From Bacteriovoracaceae bacterium (GTDB lineage Bacteria > Bdellovibrionota > Bacteriovoracia > Bacteriovoracales > Bacteriovoracaceae): a DNA stretch of 64,000 bases. The DNA lies in NCBI GenBank assembly GCA_048270185.1, contig JBLWTJ010000003.1, positions 128,001-192,000 on the forward strand, in the 5' to 3' direction. The notes beneath the pieces are model-generated. The model was not told where the DNA came from. It worked only from the letters and a program-made list of their open reading frames with translations, and did no database searches. The number at the start of each line of letters is the position of its first letter. The first letter of the stretch is position 1. The translations under genes and the position numbers were made by a program. Of this stretch, positions 9,435-18,620 are shown piece after piece.

Positions 9435-9913
9435 TGCGTGATCGTGAAGTATTTCTTCATATTGAATCCTTAGAAAAGAAGCTTCTAATATTAAAAGATG
9501 TTTTAGAGGTCCTTGCTACTTCTAAAGTGATTATCTTCTATAAGGATCTGGACTTTATTGATCAAGTGAAGGCAGCAGGTTTTGATATACCTTGTGAGTT
9601 TATTAGCCGTGACTTTGAAGCACAAGAAAATGAGGAAAGTCTTAAGAGATTCCACGATGCTGATCATTCATATCTCTTTGTCTCTAATCTCGCTTCAAAA
9701 TCCTTTCGAATGGATGATTGCTTTTGCTTAATTAATTATGATTTGCCCATTGACCCAAAACTCTATTTGATTCGTCAGGAATTTGCGACTCAAATGGTGA
9801 GCTTCTACTGTGTTGGGGATGAAGATAAACTACGCCATATCGAGGTTCTCCTAGAGAAGCGATTTACTCTTCATAATATGAAAATGTTCATTAACCGACT
9901 TAATCAAAGCTAG
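9434..9913 (+). CDS. Stand-alone degenerate DEAD-box helicase C-terminal (RecA2)-like protein
   Basis: KVIIF, LKRFH and LINYDLP...YLIR resemble DEAD-box motifs IV-VI but HRIGRTGR is lost; coupled to srkA by TAATG. Confidence 0.55.
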   Translation: MRDREVFLHIESLEKKLLILKDVLEVLATSKVIIFYKDLDFIDQVKAAGFDIPCEFISRDFEAQENEESLKRFHDADHSYLFVSNLASKSFRMDDCFCLINYDLPIDPKLYLIRQEFATQMVSFYCVGDEDKLRHIEVLLEKRFTLHNMKMFINRLNQS

Positions 9914-9983
9914 ACGTATTCTATATCTTGCGAGAAAATTTAGATCTACAAAAGAAATTTATTATTTTAAAGCGAGGTTGAAT

Positions 9984-11879
9984 ATGGATATTCGTCTAAA
10001 GACTTTCGAAGAATACGAAGCTGCCTATGAGCAAGCAAAGAATAATCCTTCTGAGTATTGGGGAAATATTGCACAAAATTTTATATTTTCGAAAAAGTGG
10101 GATGATGTCACTTTAGGAAATTTTACTGATGGGGAAATTCGTTGGTTTAATGGTGCAAAATTAAATATCACTGAAAACTGCCTTGATCGCCACCTAGCTA
10201 CTCGAGGAGACAAGAAGGCCTTAGTCTTTGTTTCAAATGATCCAGATGAAGCAAATCGTGAATTCACATATAAAGAATTACATGCCCAAGTTTGTAAGAC
10301 AGCAAATATGCTTGAAGGACTTGGTGTAAAAAAAGGTGACCGCGTTTGTATCTATATGTCGATGGTTCCAGAGCTTATGTTTACCGTTCTTGCTTGTGCT
10401 AGAATTGGTGCCATCCACTCAGTTGTCTTTGGAGGATTCTCTGCTCAAGCACTGGCCGGAAGAATTGAAGATGCTCAGTGTAGTGTTCTTGTCACTAACG
10501 ATGGTGGATTTCGCGGAACAAAGATAACTGAACTAAAGTCAATTGTTGATGAAGCCTTAGATAATAGTGAATGTGCTTGTGTTTCAAAAGTTATTGTTCA
10601 CAAGAGAGCAAATAATAAAGTGACAATGAAAGAAGAACGCGACTTCTGGTGGCACGACCTCTTTGATAAAGCTTCCGATATTCACCTGGCCCCTCAGCTT
10701 GATGCAGAAGATCCATTATTTATTCTCTACACTTCTGGATCAACAGGAACACCTAAGGGTGTTGTCCACACTCAAGCTGGCTACATGGTGTGGGCCGCCT
10801 ATACTTTTGCTAATGTTTTCCAGGTCGAGGAAAATGATATGTACTGGTGCACGGCCGATATCGGTTGGATTACTGGTCACACTTATATTACTTATGGCCC
10901 ACTTCTAAATGGTGCCACAACGATGATGTTTGAAGGTGTTCCAACTTATCCAGATGCTGGACGCTTTTGGGATATTGTTGAAAAGAATAAGGTAACACAT
11001 TTCTATACGGCGCCAACAGCAGTACGCGCACTAATGGCCGCAGGAGATGATGTGCCAACTAAGTATGACCTATCATCTTTAAAGGTTTTAGGATCAGTAG
11101 GTGAGCCAATTAATGCCGAAGCATGGCATTGGTATAACGAGCATATTGGAAAGAAGAAATGTCCAATTGTTGATACTTGGTGGCAGACAGAAACGGGTGG
11201 AATTTTAATTTCTCCACTTGCGGGCCTTACAAAGACAAAGCCATGTAAGGCAACACTTCCACTACCTGGAATTGTTCCGGTTCTTGTTGATGATAATGGA
11301 CATGAAATTGGTGAGACCATGGCCGAAGGAAAGCTTTGTATTAAGCACCCATGGCCTGGAATGCTAAGAACTGTTTACAAGAATCATGAGCGCTTTATGA
11401 ATGCATACTTAAGAACATATAAGGGCTACTACTTCTCTGGAGATGGGGCCAAGCGCGACGTGGAAGGATTCTTTAGAATCACTGGACGTGTTGATGATGT
11501 TATCAATGTTTCAGGCCACCGTTTTGGGACGGCCGAGATTGAAAATGCCATCGGAAAGAATACGGCCATCGCTGAAAGTGCGGTTGTTGGCTATCCACAT
11601 GACGTAAAGGGTGAGGGGATTTACGCCTACGTTGTGACAAGTTTAACAGATGAAGCCGAAGTCATAAAACTTATCAATGAGACAATTGTTAAGGAAATTG
11701 GTGCTGTCGCTCGTCCTGATAAGATTCAAATTGTCCCAGGACTTCCAAAGACACGCTCTGGAAAGATCATGAGAAGGATCTTAAGAAAAATTGCTGCTCA
11801 TGATTTCAATAACTTTGGTGATACTTCGACACTTCTTGACCCAGCAGTCGTTGATGAAATCAAAGCCGGGGTAAAATAA
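9984..11879 (+). CDS. acs: Acetyl-CoA synthetase
   Basis: YTSGSTGTPKG, DTWWQTETGG and PKTRSGKIMRR motifs; ATG behind GAGG. Confidence 0.97.
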   Translation: MDIRLKTFEEYEAAYEQAKNNPSEYWGNIAQNFIFSKKWDDVTLGNFTDGEIRWFNGAKLNITENCLDRHLATRGDKKALVFVSNDPDEANREFTYKELHAQVCKTANMLEGLGVKKGDRVCIYMSMVPELMFTVLACARIGAIHSVVFGGFSAQALAGRIEDAQCSVLVTNDGGFRGTKITELKSIVDEALDNSECACVSKVIVHKRANNKVTMKEERDFWWHDLFDKASDIHLAPQLDAEDPLFILYTSGSTGTPKGVVHTQAGYMVWAAYTFANVFQVEENDMYWCTADIGWITGHTYITYGPLLNGATTMMFEGVPTYPDAGRFWDIVEKNKVTHFYTAPTAVRALMAAGDDVPTKYDLSSLKVLGSVGEPINAEAWHWYNEHIGKKKCPIVDTWWQTETGGILISPLAGLTKTKPCKATLPLPGIVPVLVDDNGHEIGETMAEGKLCIKHPWPGMLRTVYKNHERFMNAYLRTYKGYYFSGDGAKRDVEGFFRITGRVDDVINVSGHRFGTAEIENAIGKNTAIAESAVVGYPHDVKGEGIYAYVVTSLTDEAEVIKLINETIVKEIGAVARPDKIQIVPGLPKTRSGKIMRRILRKIAAHDFNNFGDTSTLLDPAVVDEIKAGVK

Positions 11880-11936
11880 CTCTTAATTTTTTACATAAGT
11901 ATTATTGATGCCTCTCTTATATGCTAGAAATAGCGT

Positions 11937-12953
11937 ATGAGAGAGGCCAATATCGAGCAAATGCGAGACATTCTAAAGAAGCATCACACCTTAAATAAGA
12001 CAAGAGTGTGGTTTGATCTTTTTAGTAACGCCCTTATTGGTTGGTCAGCATTCTTCTACACTTGCTTTCACTTTAACTTCATAACTTTCTTTGTGGCCAT
12101 CTTCTTCATTTATCGCGGAACGATTCTTGTTCACGAAGTCTCACATATTGCAAAAAAGATAAAGGGCTACCGTACGGCATTTAATATTCTCTTTGGTTGG
12201 CCAAATGCTTACCCTGTCTATCTAGGTGATGCCCATCTCTTTCATCATGGGAAGAGAACCTATGCGACGAAGCGTGATCCTGAATATAAGTATATTGCAG
12301 AATTTAATGTCGTGACTTTAGTGAGGCCGATTCTATCTTCAATACTTCTACCAATCGTTCAAATTCTACGCTTTGGAGTCTTTCCACTGGCCTATCTCTT
12401 CTTATCAAAAGAGCAAAGGGTATGGGTTTACCAAAATATATCAACTCTCGCTTTCTCAATGGACTATAAGAGGCCAATAAAGAATGTCGATCGAGAAATC
12501 AAAGTTATGGTTGGCAATGATTTCATGTGCTTCTTATACAAGCTCAGTATTGCTAGTGCGATTTATTTTGAACTTCTACCCATTGCGACGATCTGGGTTT
12601 GGTTAGGTGTTGTTGTCATTTCTTCTACCCTTAATATGTACCGCGCTCTCTTTAATCATCTCTATACGAATGAAAGCCTTGCGCCTCTTAGTTGGGAAGA
12701 GCATCTCATGGATACGGTAACCATCGAATCTGGAATCAGCTCATTTTTCATCTTTGTTAATGGCCTAAATTATCATGCCATTCACCACCTCTTTCCTGAG
12801 CTTCCATATACGAATCTTGCACGCGCTCATGCGGATCTAATGAGAGAACTACCAGCAGATCATATCTATAAATTAAATACTTATCCAAGTATCTTTCATG
12901 TTTTAGCAACTTCTCTCACTCTAAATCGGACAAGAGCGAAAATGAGTGTATAA
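11937..12953 (+). CDS. Membrane fatty-acid-desaturase superfamily protein
   Basis: His boxes HEVSH, HLFHH and HAIHH plus TM segments. Confidence 0.85.
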   Translation: MREANIEQMRDILKKHHTLNKTRVWFDLFSNALIGWSAFFYTCFHFNFITFFVAIFFIYRGTILVHEVSHIAKKIKGYRTAFNILFGWPNAYPVYLGDAHLFHHGKRTYATKRDPEYKYIAEFNVVTLVRPILSSILLPIVQILRFGVFPLAYLFLSKEQRVWVYQNISTLAFSMDYKRPIKNVDREIKVMVGNDFMCFLYKLSIASAIYFELLPIATIWVWLGVVVISSTLNMYRALFNHLYTNESLAPLSWEEHLMDTVTIESGISSFFIFVNGLNYHAIHHLFPELPYTNLARAHADLMRELPADHIYKLNTYPSIFHVLATSLTLNRTRAKMSV

Positions 12954-12961
12954 TACTCATT

Positions 12962-13513
12962 ATGAAAAGAATCATTCTTGGTATTTGCATATTATTTACT
13001 ATCTTTAGTTGTTCTAAACCAACACCAAGTCAAACTGTCGATACAGTAATTAAAGAGACATTTCTTTTTAATTTTGAAGAAACTTTCTCTTACTATGATC
13101 CTGGTTTCTCGTCACAGCAACAGATTGCGGATTACCGCGGCTTTGTGAAAGATATTGTTGAGTGGGAGAAGAATATCAAAAAAACAAAGAAGGAAGTTCT
13201 TAGTGCTATACAAGGACTTCTTTCATATAAAATTATCGCTGAAAAAATTGAAGGAAGAACGGCCTATGTGACAGCGGTTGTTATAGCTCCTGAGTTCAAA
13301 AATAAATTTGATATGCAGATTGCTCTTTTAAGCCTTACTCGACCGCCACTAGTTTCCAAAAGGCCTCAGGCCAATGCTACGATTTTAAAGAATATTAGTG
13401 AGACTCAGTATGAGTTAAATCCTTCAGAGATTATTTTCACTCTAACAAAGAAAGATAAGTGGCGTATTTCAAGTGTCACTAATCTAGGAAGTCTGTGGCG
13501 CTTTGAAAATTAA
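12962..13513 (+). CDS. Hypothetical lipoprotein
   Basis: Lipobox-like IFSC after a hydrophobic leader. Confidence 0.7.
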   Translation: MKRIILGICILFTIFSCSKPTPSQTVDTVIKETFLFNFEETFSYYDPGFSSQQQIADYRGFVKDIVEWEKNIKKTKKEVLSAIQGLLSYKIIAEKIEGRTAYVTAVVIAPEFKNKFDMQIALLSLTRPPLVSKRPQANATILKNISETQYELNPSEIIFTLTKKDKWRISSVTNLGSLWRFEN

Positions 13514-13793
13514 ACCACTCTTTCTATTAATCTGTCTGCTTTTGACTTGTTTTACAAGTCATGACAGCTATACAAGCACTTCCACTGAAGTCTTATATGA
13601 ATATCATCAACAAAGTAATGAAGTTGTCTCTACTGAAGAGCTTACTCATCTCGCGCCTGGTATTAGTGAGCTAAAACTTAGTGCGCAAATCGTCTCTTAT
13701 TACTTATTAAATCTTCGTCAATCAATTGCAAATTACACTCAATATAGCCTTGGCGGCCACTCTGGCCTAAGTCCTCCTTATCATTTGATTTAA
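13503..13793 (+). CDS. Putative secretory leader/arrest peptide ending GLSPPYHLI
   Basis: 96-aa ORF with TTG start, signal-like N-terminus, polar linker and terminal SPP whose codons pair with the downstream RBS. Confidence 0.6.
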   Translation: MKIKPLFLLICLLLTCFTSHDSYTSTSTEVLYEYHQQSNEVVSTEELTHLAPGISELKLSAQIVSYYLLNLRQSIANYTQYSLGGHSGLSPPYHLI

Positions 13794-13834
13794 TCATTAC
13801 ATTAAATTTCTAAATTTAAATTGATACGGAGGAT
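13771..13834 (+). promoter_or_regulatory. RBS-sequestering mRNA hairpin
   Basis: TCCTCCTTATCA (13772-83) pairs 11/12 with TGATACGGAGGA (13822-33); AT-rich pairing continues inward. Confidence 0.7.
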
Positions 13835-13836
13835 GT

Positions 13837-13992
13837 ATGGAAAACACATCAAGTAAATATGATTACGAAGGTAAAACAAGAGAAGTTGTGACTACAGAAG
13901 AAGAGGGTGGGGTACTAGGTTTCTATCTATGTATTGGAATCTTTATATTGATCTTCTTTGCAGTCATTCTTGTTAAAGTATTTAACCTATAA
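13837..13992 (+). CDS. Small single-pass membrane protein (51 aa; absent from ORF track)
   Basis: GGAGG RBS, ATG 13837, MENTSSKYDYEGKTREVVTTEEEGGVLGFYLCIGIFILIFFAVILVKVFNL, stop followed by a terminator. Confidence 0.75.
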   Translation: MENTSSKYDYEGKTREVVTTEEEGGVLGFYLCIGIFILIFFAVILVKVFNL

Positions 13993-13995
13993 AAA

Positions 13996-14015
13996 AAGGG
14001 CCAGTAATGGCCCTT
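13996..14015. terminator. Intrinsic terminator between convergent genes
   Basis: AAGGGCCA-GTAA-TGGCCCTT with flanking A tract. Confidence 0.75.
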
Positions 14016-14034
14016 CATTCTTTTATTAATCAGA

Positions 14035-15126
14035 TTATTTAAAAATAACTTCACCTGGAACTGGATCTGTAATGACGATATCACCGTCATTGTCATCTCC
14101 TGAGGTCGGATCAGTTGGATCAGTTGGATCGGTTGGTTCCTCGATCTCAAAAACAGGAGTTCTCTTGATATACTCTGGTCTAAAGCCTTTCTCAACTGCA
14201 ATTTGTACTAGCTCTTCATACTTGGCTTCATCAATTTCATTCTCACGAGTAAGAATGAAGAGAGTTTGTCGATTTCGATCCGCTACGATTGCTTCTGTAT
14301 ATTCTTCATCAAGGTGGATGATTTGATAATCTCCAGCACCAACGCCAAAGTATCCAAGAAGTGGTACAAAGCTAACTTTTAATTTCGCATTTGAAATTTT
14401 ATCAGAAACTTTAGCATAGGCCTTATCAACTTTTGTATCCCCATTAACTAACTGACAAGAGTTCTTTACACGGATTCTGTTGTGTTTAAGTTTGTACTGT
14501 GCTTTCGTTCCCTGACATCTCTTGTTAAAGAATGCATCATATGCACCTTGTTGGTACCAAGTTCCTAGGTATTTTTTTAGATCAACATATTCAACTGTTT
14601 GAAAATTATTAAGTGGTAGCTCTTGTGAAGGAATAAGAACTTCATTGATTTCATGAACAATAATTTTCTTATCATATCCTTTTAAAGTACTTAAACGTAG
14701 AGCAGCGTTGTTGAGGATGAACTCCTCTGAGTCTCGGTCAACGAGAATAACACGACCACCAAATGTTTTAACTTGTTTCTTTTTTCTGATGTCTTGCTTT
14801 TCATGACGGCCATACCCAATGTGGTAGAGAAGTACCTTTCTAAGCTCAAGTGGATTGGCCAGTAAGTACTCAACTGTTTCAGGTGGTAATTTTGCAAATG
14901 CTGCATCATTTGGTGCAAAGATTGTAATTGGATGATCGATTGTAACGATGTCATCAAGTCCTGCAAGGCGTGAGGCACTTAGAAAGTTTTTAAACTTTCT
15001 CGAATGTTTCATAGCACTTACTGTTTCAGTCGCAGATAATTTTGTTCCCTTAGCTTCTCTTGCATCTGCTATCGCAGTGTTAAAGAAGAATGGCAGTGTC
15101 GCCATTACTAGTAATAGTCTTTTCAT
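14035..15126 (-). CDS. Secreted fasciclin (FAS1)-lipocalin (Blc-like) fusion protein
   Basis: FAS1 motifs TIFAPNDAAFAKLP, VLLYH and IVHEINEVLIP, then lipocalin VDLKKYLGTWY and LFILTR; PTD repeat tail. Confidence 0.85.
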   Translation of the reverse strand: MKRLLLVMATLPFFFNTAIADAREAKGTKLSATETVSAMKHSRKFKNFLSASRLAGLDDIVTIDHPITIFAPNDAAFAKLPPETVEYLLANPLELRKVLLYHIGYGRHEKQDIRKKKQVKTFGGRVILVDRDSEEFILNNAALRLSTLKGYDKKIIVHEINEVLIPSQELPLNNFQTVEYVDLKKYLGTWYQQGAYDAFFNKRCQGTKAQYKLKHNRIRVKNSCQLVNGDTKVDKAYAKVSDKISNAKLKVSFVPLLGYFGVGAGDYQIIHLDEEYTEAIVADRNRQTLFILTRENEIDEAKYEELVQIAVEKGFRPEYIKRTPVFEIEEPTDPTDPTDPTSGDDNDGDIVITDPVPGEVIFK

Positions 15127-15180
15127 TTAATCCTCCCAAAGTTAATGGAAGAAAATGTAGCTTTTTATTAACACTATTGA

Positions 15181-15220
15181 TGTTTAAGATTGGTTAAGAA
15201 AGGTTAGGAGGTATTAAGAA
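15181..15220 (-). promoter_or_regulatory. Four 10-bp-phased direct repeats; candidate OmpR/PhoB-family binding array
   Basis: TGTTTAAGAT TGGTTAAGAA AGGTTAGGAG GTATTAAGAA upstream of the fasciclin-lipocalin gene. Confidence 0.5.
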
Positions 15221-15225
15221 TAAAA

Positions 15226-15250
15226 AAAGGGCCTAGAATTTAGGCCCTTT
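15226..15250 (-). terminator. Intrinsic terminator of the FKBP gene
   Basis: AAAGGGCCTA-GAATT-TAGGCCCTTT with a U tract on the minus strand. Confidence 0.8.
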
Positions 15251-15255
15251 CTAAT

Positions 15256-15861
15256 TTATGCGTTAGCTTTAATTAATTGTACTTTAAAGATTAGCGTTGC
15301 ATGTGGAGGGATTGCTTGACCGGCACCACGCTCTCCATAAGCAAGCTCAGATGGGATTGTTAATTCCCAAGTGTCACCTTCTTTCATTAGTTGAAGAGCT
15401 TCAGTCCAACCAGCGATAACACCACCAACTGGGAATTGGATTGTTTGTCCACGTTGGTAAGATGAATCAAAAACAGTTCCATCGATTAATTTACCTTCGT
15501 AGTGTACTTCAACAGTTGACTCAGCAGTAGGAGTAGCACCTTCACCGCTTTCAATTACTTTATATTGAAGACCTGTAGCTGTAACGTTTACACCTTCAGC
15601 AGCTTTATTTGTTTCAAGGTATGCTCTTCCATCTTCAGCAAGTTTATTTGCTGCTTCGGCAAGTTGTCTTGCCATGTGCTCTTGGAATTCAGACATAACT
15701 TTTTGAGTTTCTTCTTGAGAAAGTTTGCTTTCTTCTCCTTTCATTGCCGACTCTACAGCAGTTGTGAAGATTGCAGGATTGATTTCCATTCCCTGTGCAA
15801 CAAAATCAGAACCGATTTGACGTCCGATAATGTAGCTTACTTTTTCCATATGAGTTTCCAT
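15256..15861 (-). CDS. fklB: FKBP-type peptidyl-prolyl isomerase (FklB/Mip-like)
   Basis: KVSYIIG dimerisation domain; VHYEGKLIDGTVFDSS, VIAGWTEAL and LAYG motifs; start probably M15 or M19 of the ORF. Confidence 0.88.
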   Translation of the reverse strand: METHMEKVSYIIGRQIGSDFVAQGMEINPAIFTTAVESAMKGEESKLSQEETQKVMSEFQEHMARQLAEAANKLAEDGRAYLETNKAAEGVNVTATGLQYKVIESGEGATPTAESTVEVHYEGKLIDGTVFDSSYQRGQTIQFPVGGVIAGWTEALQLMKEGDTWELTIPSELAYGERGAGQAIPPHATLIFKVQLIKANA

Positions 15862-15930
15862 AAAATACCCTTTGTTTAATGAATAGCTTGTTATAGTGGG
15901 CACCTTAACACTATGGAATGCAGATGTACA

Positions 15931-16683
15931 CTAATCGCGCAGAGTTCCATTTGGGATTCCTTGTGGATACCAGCATACTGGTCGCTCAAGTCCTAGAATA
16001 CCGTTAATCATGGTGTCCATTCGGCATTGCGCGTCAGGGTAGAAGGAGGGAGAGTTATTGATTTCTGTTTGAATATGAGTCGAAAAGTGATCAAAGCTTG
16101 TCTCTTGTCCCTGTGACTTAAAGAAGGCCTGATCTGCTTCCATGGCAGTCATAAGCCTTAGACAAGTTGCTGAATCATGTTCATCTTGTTTGGCACAAAG
16201 CTTCTCATAGGTTGGATGAAAACTTATCTCTCTCATTTGAGGGAGATACTTAAAGACGATTGGCAGACAAATCTTTGTTGCATAGTAGTCCGCTTGCCCT
16301 TCCTGGGTGCTTCCACTTTCTTTATAGGGCCCACCACCAATACCATGTCCCATTTCATGACAGGCCGTTAAGGCAAGGCCATCTGGTGTCATTTCTGCAA
16401 GTCTCGCAAAGCCTCCCATTAAATAGATACGGTGTTCAGTTTGACCTTCGTCATTATCAAATTTCACATAAGAAGCATGAACCATTTCTATATCCCACCA
16501 GTAATCTTCACTAAGGCCTGGGATAGGGAGGTTAATTTTTAAAATATCATTTGTTGAGGGTGCTAATTCGCTATATGCTTGTTTTAGAGCTAGTTTGAGC
16601 TCTTCAAATTCTGCTTTTGAAACTGCTGCAATAGAAGACTTTGTCAGCAGTGCCAAAGTAATAAGTAGGATTAACTTTTTCAT
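15931..16683 (-). CDS. Secreted putative zinc metallopeptidase (HEXXH...E)
   Basis: Signal peptide; CHEMGH followed by EGQADYYA. Confidence 0.65.
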   Translation of the reverse strand: MKKLILLITLALLTKSSIAAVSKAEFEELKLALKQAYSELAPSTNDILKINLPIPGLSEDYWWDIEMVHASYVKFDNDEGQTEHRIYLMGGFARLAEMTPDGLALTACHEMGHGIGGGPYKESGSTQEGQADYYATKICLPIVFKYLPQMREISFHPTYEKLCAKQDEHDSATCLRLMTAMEADQAFFKSQGQETSFDHFSTHIQTEINNSPSFYPDAQCRMDTMINGILGLERPVCWYPQGIPNGTLRD

Positions 16684-16753
16684 AGAGACTATCTAGCCCA
16701 AGTGAGCATTGTTCACAAGTAAGTCGGAAATTTTTAGTCTAAGGGAGCAGTAT

Positions 16754-17290
16754 ATGTACCACGAAGTTACTGATTTTTGGTTTGATGAATTAAGCGATGA
16801 GCAGAAATGGCAGAAGAATCCTGACATTGATGAAGAGATAAGAAAACGATTCGGTAAACTTCATAAAATGGCCACAAGGGGAGAGCTATTTGACTGGCGA
16901 ACAAAGCACTTAGGAAGGCTTGCTGAAATTATTATTCTCGATCAATTTTCTCGTAATCTCTACCGCGATGACCCGCGTGCATTTGCCAGTGATGATATGG
17001 CCTTAACTTTGGCCCAGGAAGCAGTTTTTCAGGGGATTCATAAAGGTTTCACAAAGCAGAAAATGCACTTTCTCATTATGCCCTTTATGCATAGTGAGTC
17101 TCTTGAAGTTCAAAAAGAGGGGCTTAAGTACTTTGAGCAATTAGATTCACCTTCAGTTCTTCAGTATATGTATCAACACATGGCCATCATCGAAAGATTT
17201 AGCCGCTATCCTCATCGTAATAAGATATTGGGACGCGATTCGACAGATGAAGAGAAGGCCTTTCTTAAAGGAGCTGCTTCAAGCTTTTAG
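16754..17290 (+). CDS. DUF924 family protein
   Basis: FWF, IIILDQFSRN, PFMHSE and RYPHRN motifs; start at M16 behind AGGGAG. Confidence 0.9.
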   Translation: MYHEVTDFWFDELSDEQKWQKNPDIDEEIRKRFGKLHKMATRGELFDWRTKHLGRLAEIIILDQFSRNLYRDDPRAFASDDMALTLAQEAVFQGIHKGFTKQKMHFLIMPFMHSESLEVQKEGLKYFEQLDSPSVLQYMYQHMAIIERFSRYPHRNKILGRDSTDEEKAFLKGAASSF

Positions 17291-17291
17291 T

Positions 17292-18548
17292 TCATCGGCG
17301 GCAGGCGACGCGATTAAATGGAATCCCTTGTGAATTAATAATTGGAATGATTTCACAATCTCGTCCTTTATCAATTTCTTTTTGAACTGCTTCCATGGCG
17401 TATTCTTTATTCTGATACGAACTAATATGTTTTGGATAATTATCAGGATTTAATTCACTAACATAGACTACTTTCTTCTTACATCTAATTTCAAAGCGAG
17501 CTTTCTTATTTTGCTGAGAGATACATTTTGAACCAAATGAAATGGCCTCAAGTGCTTGCTGTGCTTGTTTTTGACTTGCATATTCTTCAACGACACTTCC
17601 GTAAAGATTGGCGATTATTTCTCCAATACCATCATAGGCAAGTTCATCAACTTTCTTTGAAGGGGATAGATTCTCCTGTGCACTTGAACAATATTGCGCA
17701 CCTTTTTCCGTTAGGGTTTCAAGAGCGCCATCTTGTGAAGGATCTTGGCTTGCTTGACTGAAGTCAACAAAGCCACCTCCGCGTCTTTTAACTTCTTTAA
17801 TTAGATCACCGAGGGCATCGCCTGTGATATTTTTGATATCATGAAAAACTGTTATTCCACCAGTTTCACACATCTTATCGGCGACATCTTTGACGAATTG
17901 TTTTTTGATAAGTTCTTTATTTGATCCTTTGGCACGATTGTACTTACCGTCGTATTCCCAATCTCGTGAGTCTGTCGTCCAGCCAACATTCATATCATAC
18001 TGACTTGAGAGAATATCATTCACCTGATTTCTCATCTTCGTATTGGCCCCACGAAATGGTTTTCCATAAGGAAGCCTAAAGGCATAGGGCTCAGTCATAA
18101 AGCCTTTTAGGACTTGAGTTGAAAGTTCAATATTTCTTTTCTTCTGATATGATCCCTTTAGATTTCCGGTTGGATATGCTTTGTCACCATCTTTAAAACT
18201 ATAGTGTCCAAAACCATGAGAGCCAATTTTATGACCAGCTTCCTTCATGCGCTTTAGAAGCCAGCGGCGCTTCTTATTCTCTTCAATACTATTGATTGCA
18301 CCCATCACCGGAGAGTAGAGCCTCTTTTCATCTGATGTTAATTTTGCCTGCCCAGAGTTAATATAGTGTGAGTTTACAAAGAAGGTTGCTTTGATCTTAT
18401 ATTTTTCTAAGGTATCAAATACCTTATTGGTCTTGCCCAGTAGAGGCCCGTCATCAAATGTCAGGTGAATATTTTGCTTACATTCGGCAAAGATATTAAG
18501 GTTGAGTAGGGCAAGTGAGATAAAAACTGATTTCTTTAACTTTAACAT
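17292..18548 (-). CDS. Secreted polysaccharide (peptidoglycan-type CE4) deacetylase
   Basis: LTFDDGP, GSHGFGH, FRLPYG, DSRDW and FHD NodB motifs. Confidence 0.88.
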   Translation of the reverse strand: MLKLKKSVFISLALLNLNIFAECKQNIHLTFDDGPLLGKTNKVFDTLEKYKIKATFFVNSHYINSGQAKLTSDEKRLYSPVMGAINSIEENKKRRWLLKRMKEAGHKIGSHGFGHYSFKDGDKAYPTGNLKGSYQKKRNIELSTQVLKGFMTEPYAFRLPYGKPFRGANTKMRNQVNDILSSQYDMNVGWTTDSRDWEYDGKYNRAKGSNKELIKKQFVKDVADKMCETGGITVFHDIKNITGDALGDLIKEVKRRGGGFVDFSQASQDPSQDGALETLTEKGAQYCSSAQENLSPSKKVDELAYDGIGEIIANLYGSVVEEYASQKQAQQALEAISFGSKCISQQNKKARFEIRCKKKVVYVSELNPDNYPKHISSYQNKEYAMEAVQKEIDKGRDCEIIPIINSQGIPFNRVACRR

Positions 18549-18554
18549 GGTTTC

Positions 18555-18581
18555 TTTTCGGTTAAGAAATTGATAAATTGA
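18555..18581 (-). promoter_or_regulatory. Candidate sigma28 (FliA) promoter
   Basis: TCAA-N15-ACCGAAAA ending 6 nt before the deacetylase ATG. Confidence 0.45.
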
Positions 18582-18620
18582 TAGTTAATTTAACTACTTA
18601 TAAAATTTTGGGAATATTAG

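Noticed and set aside
13923..14201. 92-aa minus-strand ORF in the track
   Set aside because: It crosses a terminator, overlaps the lipocalin tail out of frame and is antisense to the better-supported 51-aa ORF.
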